From NCBI RefSeq assembly GCF_009914755.1, contig NC_060933.1: DNA of 64,000 nt; one strand, 5' to 3'. Made by a program: the position numbers and the translations under genes. Positions 54,735 to 64,000 of this stretch are shown piece after piece (within the stretch, counting starts at the first letter, position 1; each line of letters opens with the position of its first letter). Below the pieces are notes generated by a model. It was not told the DNA's origin. It saw nothing but the letters and a program-made list of their open reading frames with translations, and did not search any database. The DNA comes from the human T2T-CHM13v2.0 reference genome, Homo sapiens.

Positions 54735-57700
54735 CACGGCCAGACTGCTGTTCTAAGTGGGTCCCTGATCCCATTTCTCCTCACTGGGCAGGACGTCCAG
54801 GCTGGAGCCTCCAGCTACCCCCACTGGTGTTTTCTGGCTGATGGAGGTTTCATACCTCCCTGGGATGGAGCACCCAGCAGGAGGGTGGACCACCATCTTT
54901 GCTGTTTGGGACTTAGCTGTCTCACCCTTTGGGCTTTGGAGAATCCAGGGCATCTGGGGACTGAAGCAGATCCCCAGAACAGCACAGCTGCTCTATGAAA
55001 ACATAGCCAGACCTGCTGGTTCCCAATACCATTCCTTCTCACTGGATGGGACCTCCCAATGGGGTCTCCAGCAACCTCCTACAGGTGTCTTCCAGCCAGC
55101 AACAGGTCTGAACCTCTCTGGGAGGGAGCTCCCAAGGGGAGAGGAAGGCTGCCATCTTTGCTGTTTCACAGCCTTCACTGTTGATACCCCTAGGTACCAG
55201 AAAAGCCAAGGTGACTAGGGATTGGTATGGACTGCTGGCATACTGCAGCACCCCTACGGAAAAGTGGCCTGTTCCTGTACCTCCTCACCAGGCAGGTCCT
55301 CTAGGCATGGGCCTCCAGCCACCCCCTGCTGGGGCTATTGAGCCAGTAGCAGCTCTGCAACTCCCTGGGCAGAGCCCACAGGGGTAACTGAAAGCTCTCT
55401 GCCACCACCTCTGCAGTGGACGTGCCCTGCTACTCTTGGACTAGCAAAGGGGCAAAGACCCTAAGTGCCTCACCCATACCTCCAACAAGCTGCAATTGAC
55501 CCAAGGAGAGGAGGCAGGTATATTTTCCCTGAATCCCACTCTGCTTGTCACCAGACAGGGAACTCCTGGCTTGAGCCCACAGCACAGACCCTCCATCATG
55601 GGCTGATTGCACTGAGCAATTGCTAACCTGTATCTCCCTGGGGTAGAGCCCCCAGGAAACAAGAAAAAGACCCTTGGCCACAACCACTACTAAGGTCCCT
55701 TCCTCTACTGCCTCCAACTTGGGGGAGGAATGTAAACTCTGAGATAACCCCAGAGCTGCAGTGGGCAGCCTAGGAGTGCCAAGCCATGATTTACATCCAC
55801 ACTCAAGGGAGATAGGAGCCCACTTTCAGAGCATTCAGAGGGAACACAGCTGCAACTGTGAGGAAAGACAGGGAAGCCACAAAACTGAGCAAGTCTATCA
55901 ACTGACCAATATGTCTAAACACCACCAAATGGATCACATCCAAAGCTTCAACACCAAAAATAACCCACTAACACTGTAAAACCAAAGACAAGAAGTCAGC
56001 TTCAAATAAAGACCATGCACAAAACCTTGGCCTTGTTAAAAAAAATCTAGAAAAGAAGTCAATTGACTGTACTTAATCTACACTGCAGTTAAAGGAACAA
56101 GAATTCCAGTACCAACACAAGAATTCCAGTAACTCAAATGGACAGTGTCATGTGTCCTCCAAATGACTGCACCAGTTCTCCAATAAGAGTTCTTAACCAG
56201 GCTGACCTGGCTGAAAAGACAAAAATAGAATTAAGAATATGGATAGGAAAGATCATTGAGATTTAGAAGAATGGAAAAACCGAATACAGGGTAACTAAGA
56301 ATCACAATAAAACAATGCAGGAGCTGAAGGACAAAATAGCCAGTATAAAAAGGAACCTAACAGCTCTAACAGAGCTGGAAAACACAAACAAGAATTTCAC
56401 AATGCAATTACAAGTATTAACAGCAGAATTGACCAAGCTGAGGAAAGAATTCTTAAAGAAAAAAATATTCAACCAAGAATTTCATATCCAGTGAAACTAA
56501 GCTTTCTAAGAAGAGGAGAAATAAGATCCTTTTCAGATAAACAAATGTTGAGGGAGTTCATTACTACCAGACCTGCCTTACAAGAGGTCTTGAAAGGAGC
56601 ACCAAATATAGAAAGGAAAGATTGCTACCAAATAATACAAAAGCACTCTTAAATACACAGACCAGTGACACTATAAAGTAACCATACAAACAAGCCAGCA
56701 TAAAAATCAGCTAACAACACAATGACAGGATCAAATCCACACATATTAATACTAACCTTTAATGTAAATGGGCTAAATGCCCCACTTAAAAGGCGCAGAG
56801 TGGCAAGCTCGATAAAAAAGCAAAACCCAATGGTATACTGTCTTCAAGAGACCCATCTCGCATGTAAAGACACACATAGACTCAAAATAAAGGGATGGAG
56901 GAAAATCTACCAAGCAAATGGAAAACAGATAAAAGCAGGGTTGCAATCCTAATTTCAGACAAAACAGAATTTAACCCAACAAAGATCATAAAAGACTAAG
57001 AAGGGCATTATATAATGATAAAGGGTTCAATTCAACGAGAAGACCTAATTATTCTAAATATATATGCACACAACATAGGAGCACCCAGATTTATAAAGCA
57101 AATTCTTAGAGACCTACAAAGAGACTTAGACTCCCACACAATAATAGTGGGAGACTTCAACACTCCACTGACAGTATTAGACAGATCATCAATGCAGAAA
57201 ATTAACAAAGATATTCAGGACCTAAACTAAACATTGGACCAAATGGATCTGATAGATCTCTATGGAACTCTCCACCCCAAACCAACAGAATATACATTCT
57301 TCTCATCGTCACAATACTCTAAAATTGACCACATAATTGGACATAAAACAATCCTCAGCAAATGCAAAAGAACCAAAATCATACCAAACATACTCTTGGA
57401 CCACAGCACAATAAAAATAGAAGCCAAGATTAAGAAAATCACTTAAAGCCATGCAATTACATGTAAATTAAACAACATGCTCCTAAATGACTTTTGGGTA
57501 AATGAAATTAAGGTGGAAATCAATAAGCTCTTTGAAACTAATGAGAACAAAGATACAACATACCAAAATCTCTGGGACACAGCTAAAGCAGTGTTAACAG
57601 GGAAATTCATAGCAATAAATGTCCACATCAAAAAGTTAGAAAAATCTCAAATTAACAACTAAATATCCCAACTGAAAGAATTAAAGCAGCAAGGACAAAT

Positions 57701-60700
57701 CAACCCCAAAGCTAGAAGAAGACAAGAAATAACCAAAATCAGAGCTGAACTAAAGGAAATTGAAACACGAGAAACCGTCCAAAAGATCAATGAATCCAAG
57801 AATTGCTTTTTTGAAAAAATAAGGTCAGCCACTAGTTAGATTAATAAAGAAGAAAAGAAAGAAGATCTAAAGAAACATAATGAGAAATGATGAAAGGGTT
57901 GTTACCGCTGAACCCACAGAAATAAAAATAATCATCAGAATCTATTATGAATACCTCTATGCATACAAACTAGAAAACCTACAGGAGATGAATAAATTCC
58001 TGGATATGTACATCCTCCCAAGACTGAACCAGGAAGAAATTGATTCCCTCAACAGTTATGAGAAAAATTGTGGGTTCCAAAAGGGAATCAGAAATAAATA
58101 GCCTACCAATCAAAAAAAGCCAAGGATCAGATAGATTCACAGCCAAATTCTACCAGATGTACAAAGCACAGCTGCTATCGTTCCTACAAAAACGATTCCA
58201 AAAAATTGAGGAGGGGGCTCCTCCCAACACATTCTATGAGGCTAGTATCATCCCAATACCAAAACCTGGCACAACAAATAAAAATAAAATTTTAGACCAA
58301 TATTTTTGATGAACACTGATGTAACAATCCTCAAAAAAATCCTAGAAAACCGAACCCAGAAACACATCAAAAAGCTAACCCACCATGACTGAGTAGGCTT
58401 TATCCCCAGGATGCAAGGTTGGTTCAACATACGCACATCAATAAATGGGACTCATCACATAAACAGAACTGAAGACAAAACCACATGATTACCTCCATAG
58501 ATGCAGAAAAGACTTTTGATAAAATTCAATATCCCTCCATGTTAAAAACTCTCAATAAACTAGGTATTGAAGGAACATACTTCAAAGTAATAACAGCTGT
58601 CTATGACAAACCCACAGCCAACATTACACTGAGTGGGCAAAAGCTGGAATATTCCCCTTGAAAATTGGCACAAGACAAGGATGCCCTCTCTCGCCACTTC
58701 TATTCAACACAGTATTGGACGTCCTAGCCAGAGCAATAAGACAAAAGAAAGAAATAAAGTCATCTGAATAGGAAGAGAGGAAGCCAAACTATCCCTGTTT
58801 GCAGAGAACATGATTCTATATCTAGAAATCCTCATGGTCTTCGGCCAAAAGCTCCTTCAGCTGATAAACAACTTCAGCAAAATTTCAGGATACAAAATCA
58901 ATGTACAAAAATTATTAGCATTCCCATACACCAACAGGAGCCAAGCCGAGAGCCAAACCAGGAAGGCAACCCCATTCACAATTGCCGCAAAAAGAATAAA
59001 ATACCTAGGAATACAGTTAACCAGAAAGGTGAAAGATCTCTATAATAAAAGTGACAAAACATTGCTCAAAGAAATCAGAGAAAACACAAACAAATGGAAA
59101 AAACATTCCATGCTCATGGATAGGAAGAATCAACATCATTAAGTACTGCCCAAAGCAATTTACAGATTCAATGCTATTCCTATCAAATTATCAATGGCAT
59201 TCTTCATAGAACTAGAAAAATCTATTTTAAAATTCACGTAGAACTAAAAAAGAGCTTGAATAGCCAAGGCAGTCCTAAGCAAAAAGAACAAAGCTGGAGG
59301 CATTGCGTTACCTGACTTCAAACTATGCTACAGGGCTATAGTAACCAAAACAGCATGGTAGTTGTATAAAAACAGGCACATAGACCAATGAAACAGCATA
59401 GATATCCCAGAAACAAGGCTGCACATTGTCACAAATATGACCATTTGATATTCAACAAAGGTGACAAAAACAAGCAATGAGGAAAAGACTCATTCAATAA
59501 ATGGTGCTAGAATAAGTGGCTAGCCATGTTCAGATGATTGAAACTGGACCCTTTCCTTATACCATATACAAAAATCAACTCAAGATAGATTAAAGACTTA
59601 AATGTAAAACCAAAAACTGTAAAAACCCTAGAAGACAACCTAGGCAATACTATCCTGGACATAGGAATGGGCAAAGATTTCATGACAAAGACACCAAAAG
59701 TAATTGCAAAAAAAGCAAAAATACATAAATGGAATCTAATTAAACTTAAGAGCTTCTGCATAGCAAGAGAAACTATTCACAGAGTAAACAGACAATCTAC
59801 AGAATGGGAGAAAATATCTGCAAACTATGCATGTGACAAAGGTCTACTATCCATCATCTATAAGAAACTTAAACAAATTTACAAGAGAAAAACAACCCCA
59901 TTAAAAAATGGGAAAAGTATATGAACAGACACTTTCAAAAGAAGATGTACATGCAGCCAACAAGCATATGAAAAAAAGTTCAATATCACCGTTCATTAGA
60001 GAAATGCAAATCAAAACTACAATGAAATACCATCACACACCAGTCAGAATGGCTATTAATGGAAAGTAAAAAAATAACATGCTGGCAAGGTTGCAGAGAA
60101 AAGGGAACACTTATACACTGTTGATGGGAGTTTAAATTAGTTCAGCCATTGTGGAAAGCAGTATGGCAATTCCTCAAAGAGCTAAAAGCAGAACTACCAT
60201 TTGACCCAGCAATTCTATTAGTGGGTATATACCCAGAGGAATATAAATTATTCTACTGTAAAGACACATGCACACGAATGTTTACTGCAGCAATATTCAC
60301 AATAACAAAGACATGGAATCAACCTAAATGCCCATCAATGATAGACAAGATAAAGAAAATGTGGTACAGATACACCATGGAATAGTATGCAGCCATAAAA
60401 AAGAACGAGATCATGTCTTTTGCAGGAACATGGATGGAGCTGGAGGCTATTAGCCTTAGCAAACACAAGAACAGAAAACCAAATACTGCATGTTCTTGTA
60501 AGTGTGAGCTAAATGATGGGAACACATGGACACACAGGGGCAATAACACACACTGGAGCCTACCTGAGGGTGAGAGGGTGGGAGGAGGGAGAGGCGCAGA
60601 AAAAATAACTATTGGGTACTGGGCTTAATACCTGGGTGATGAAATAAGCTGTACAACAAATCCATATGATGTAAGTTTACCTATATAACAAGCCTTCATA

Positions 60701-60731
60701 TGTACCCAGAAACCTAAAGGTTAAAAAAAAA
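54735..60731 (+). mobile_element. Near-full-length, inactive L1PA13-16/L1PREC2-type LINE-1 (GC-rich 5' UTR, partly deleted ORF1, fragmented ORF2, 3' UTR, A tail)
   Basis: ORF2 starts at 56722 (MTGSNPHILILTFNVNGLNAPLKR, endonuclease domain); further EN, RT and C-terminal peptides through ~60440 with many stops and frameshifts; tail at ~60723-60731. Confidence 0.95.
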
Positions 60732-60931
60732 GGAAGGTCCAGAAAATTTAGGTCAAACTTTTTTTTAAAAAAGTAATCTAAAGAAAAAAGTTTTATAACT
60801 GTTTTAATCCTAGAAGATGCTGAATATTAAGGCTTTGAATAATGTAATGTTTTTATCTTCATTGGTTAAGAGATGTATCTATACAATGTAGTCCTGTCTT
60901 AATAATCAAAATTTAAAAATAATAACTTCCC

Positions 60932-61227
<296 letters not shown>

Positions 61228-61254
61228 CAAAAACAATAACCTTCATTTGTAAAA

Positions 61255-61420
61255 AGAAAGAAGGAAGGAAGGAAGGAAGGAAGGAAGGGAGGGAGTGAGG
61301 GAGGGAGGGAGGGAAAGAGAGAGAGAGAAGGAAGGAAGGAAGGAAGGAAGGAAGGAAGGAAGGAGGGAAGGAAGGAAGGAAGGAAGGAGGGAAGGAAGGA
61401 AAGAAGGAAGGAAAGAAACA
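61255..61420 (+). repeat. (GGAA)n / GA-rich polypurine microsatellite
   Basis: Directly visible tandem GGAA units interrupted by GGGA and GAGA. Confidence 0.95.
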
Positions 61421-63772
61421 AAGAAAATACAGTTTTGCTCTAAGCCATGGGTAGAGTGGACTCAGAAGGTGACCCAAGAAATGTTCTTATAAGACAGGAA
61501 TAGAAAATTAAAAAGTCTTTTGCCAAAAGAAAAGAAGGGTGGCAAGAAAGCAAACGCTAGGACCCTGAATTCCCCTTCCCACTTTGGCTTCTGGGTGGCG
61601 TCTTAAGGGCTGTGCCAAATGAAAACTCCAGAAAGTTTGAGGGAAGGAAAAACCAGAGGCATTCGTGTTCCAATTTTCATTTGAGATTTGGAAGGGGATT
61701 GCCTCAGAGTACACCATGTCAAGATGGGGTTTCACAGCAGGGTAGAGGTAGACAAGAGAAGTTATACAAAATAAAGAAGATACACTGGTTGCATGACTCA
61801 GTATTAATTTTGATAAATTTTAACCCCAATTAGCAAATAGGTTAGCTCAGTCTTGCCTGGTTTCAGCATGCCAGAGGCCAAGGTTTGCAGTCTTTATGAA
61901 GCAGCAGCACAGCCTGTGAGAAGAATGGTGGGAATGATTGCTAGAGATGAGGCTGATTACCACTGTTTTGCCCCTAACTGACAAGATTCTGCCAAAAATT
62001 GACGGGTCCACAACAGTGTCTGTTGGCAGCTTCTGCCTTTGTTCTTAATGTTTTCAGAATAACCATTGCCTTTCCTTTTTGGGGGCAGTGTGTCATAATC
62101 ATAGGCAGATAGCCCAACATTCTCACCTTGGCCCTGCCGGTTGTTGGCTGTGTGATTTTGGATAACTTTCTTATCTCTCTGAGCTTCAGTTTTTATTAAT
62201 AATAATAACACAAAATAATAAGAAGTGTAGTACCTCAGGGCTTATTAAGTGAAAAGCACTTTACAAAGCATATAATATGCATTACCTCATTTAGTTCTCA
62301 CATTCACCATATGAGGTAGGTACTACTATAATCCACATTTCACAGATGGGAAAACATGCCCCAAATCACACAGGTAATAAGTAGCAGAAGTAAGAACTGA
62401 AACCAGGTTCGGCTGACTGCAAAGACCATGGAGCTTGATTGCTATACAGGGGGATCCATGAGATGGCTGTGATACCAAGCAGCCTCCAGGGTCCCCCATA
62501 TGCAATTCCCTGCTAGTCTGTATCAATAGTTGGTCCAGAATAATAACAGCATTGACCCCTGTGGGATCAAGGTAACTCTCTTTTGTGTGTGTGAATACAA
62601 CTTTTAAACAAGTCTCACATTTGTTCTAACAAAAATATTTGGATCTGTGTCTATGACTTATCACTTTCCATTAGGTTCCATACTGGGGCCGGGGATCATG
62701 CCACACTGCAAACTCCCCCTAGCTCTGGGAACAGATGCTTGCTGGTGACTGCCTGCGGCAGCATACCTAAAAACCAGTGACAGTCTGGGCAGGTTCCCAG
62801 CTGCTGAAATTAGCCTGCAGGATCCTTGTAGGCAAAGGCATATTTTAGGACAGCAGTACTGAACAACATCACAGAATGACAAGAACACAGCCCCTTCCAC
62901 GTTTCTTCAAATGTCCAAATAGCTCGTGCTCATGTTTGACCCTATTTAATAGTTGTTTGTATGGAATGCAAAAATCTGTTTATCTGTATATCAATAAATA
63001 TCCATGCACATACAGTTCAGAAACTGAATGATAATGACTTTTTAAAAATAAATTTTAATTATAATAAAGCAAATTCTTTTTTTCAGAGGACTGCAACACA
63101 TTTTAGTTAGCAAATTCATTTGTTGTGGATAATTTCATTAGCTGCTAAGTTCTTCCAGGGGAATCATTTAGCATATTTGGTAATAATAATGACTGGATAA
63201 TAATGCTTCTTAATGAACTGCCATGAGCAATAAGTATGACTCAATAGCTCAGTATGGTGGAAAGAAATTACTGGTCTAGATCAGGAATATCGAAGGCAGA
63301 AGAAAACTTAGAATTTATTTATCCTATGCTACCACCTGTCTTCAGGCATAATTTACAAATCAGGAAGCAGGCTCAGAAATCCATGTCATTTTCAAGGTCA
63401 CTCAGTGAGTTAAAGGCACAACCAGGGGTTCTGACTTCCAGAGCAGCTCAGTCACATCACTTCACAGTCATGTTCTGCTGTACAACTGTGGCAATAACTG
63501 TGAATAGATAACCCCCTCCATCTTTGGGATGGAAATTAGAGGTTATCACAGTTTATATTTACAGGAATAATTCAAAAATATCTGTTGAATAGAAAGTAGA
63601 GATGTGTTAGGAATCCAAATTCAGGAGGAACTTACTGAAACCTCAGCATTCCAGACACTAAGCCTCTCATTTCATTTGCATAACAATCCATGAGGTTGAT
63701 ACATTAAGAACTGCCCCATTTCACAGATAAGGAAATGGGGCTTACAGAGGGCATGTGATAACCCAGTCACGC

Positions 63773-64000
63773 TGTATTAGTCCATTTTCGCACTGCTGAT
63801 AAAGACATACCCAAGATGGGGAATTTACAAAAGAAAGACGTTTAATGGACTTAACAGTTCCACATGGCTGGAGAAGCCTCACAATAATGGTGGAAGGCAA
63901 GAAGGAACCAGTCACAACTTACATGGATGACAGCAGGCAAAGAGCTTGTGCCAGGAAACTCTGCCTTATAAAGCCATTAGATCTCATGAGACTTATTCAC
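63773..64000 (-). mobile_element. THE1-type MaLR LTR (runs off the window end)
   Basis: tgtattagtccattttcgcactgctgataaagacatacccaag...cagttccacatggctggagaagcctcacaataatggtggaaggcaag. Confidence 0.9.

Noticed and set aside
56722-60440. L1 ORF2 as an active retrotransposon gene
   Set aside because: Broken by many stops and frameshifts, and ORF1 is partly deleted.

Overview
This is human (primate) genomic DNA, dense in Alu, L1, L2, MIR, MaLR-LTR and MER repeats. Its one confident protein-coding gene is TAF1L (minus strand, ATG 39774 to TGA 34294, 1826 aa), the intronless retrocopy of X-linked TAF1, which places the window at 9p21.1. The retrocopy appears to span about 32563-39900 and to sit inside an old L1ME-type element. 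The sequence records its history: a 10-bp tandem duplication frameshifts away the ancestral TAF1 tail, which survives in the 3' UTR; a junction looks like a spliced-out cryptic intron; a specific TAF1 isoform is frozen in the ORF; the inherited poly(A) signal has decayed; and there is a compact ETS/GC-box 5' region. Three other observations stand out. (1) A speculative chain of short, phase-compatible minus-strand exon candidates lies in unique sequence at 19.8-25.8 kb and could be a decayed, unannotated multi-exon gene. (2) Two inverted L1PA-type copies about 12 kb apart share many apparently private variants, suggesting gene conversion. (3) There are local templated duplications and a 45-bp fold-back hairpin. 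All comparisons to TAF1 and to repeat consensus sequences are from memory, repeat boundaries and subfamilies are estimated by eye, and no searches were run.
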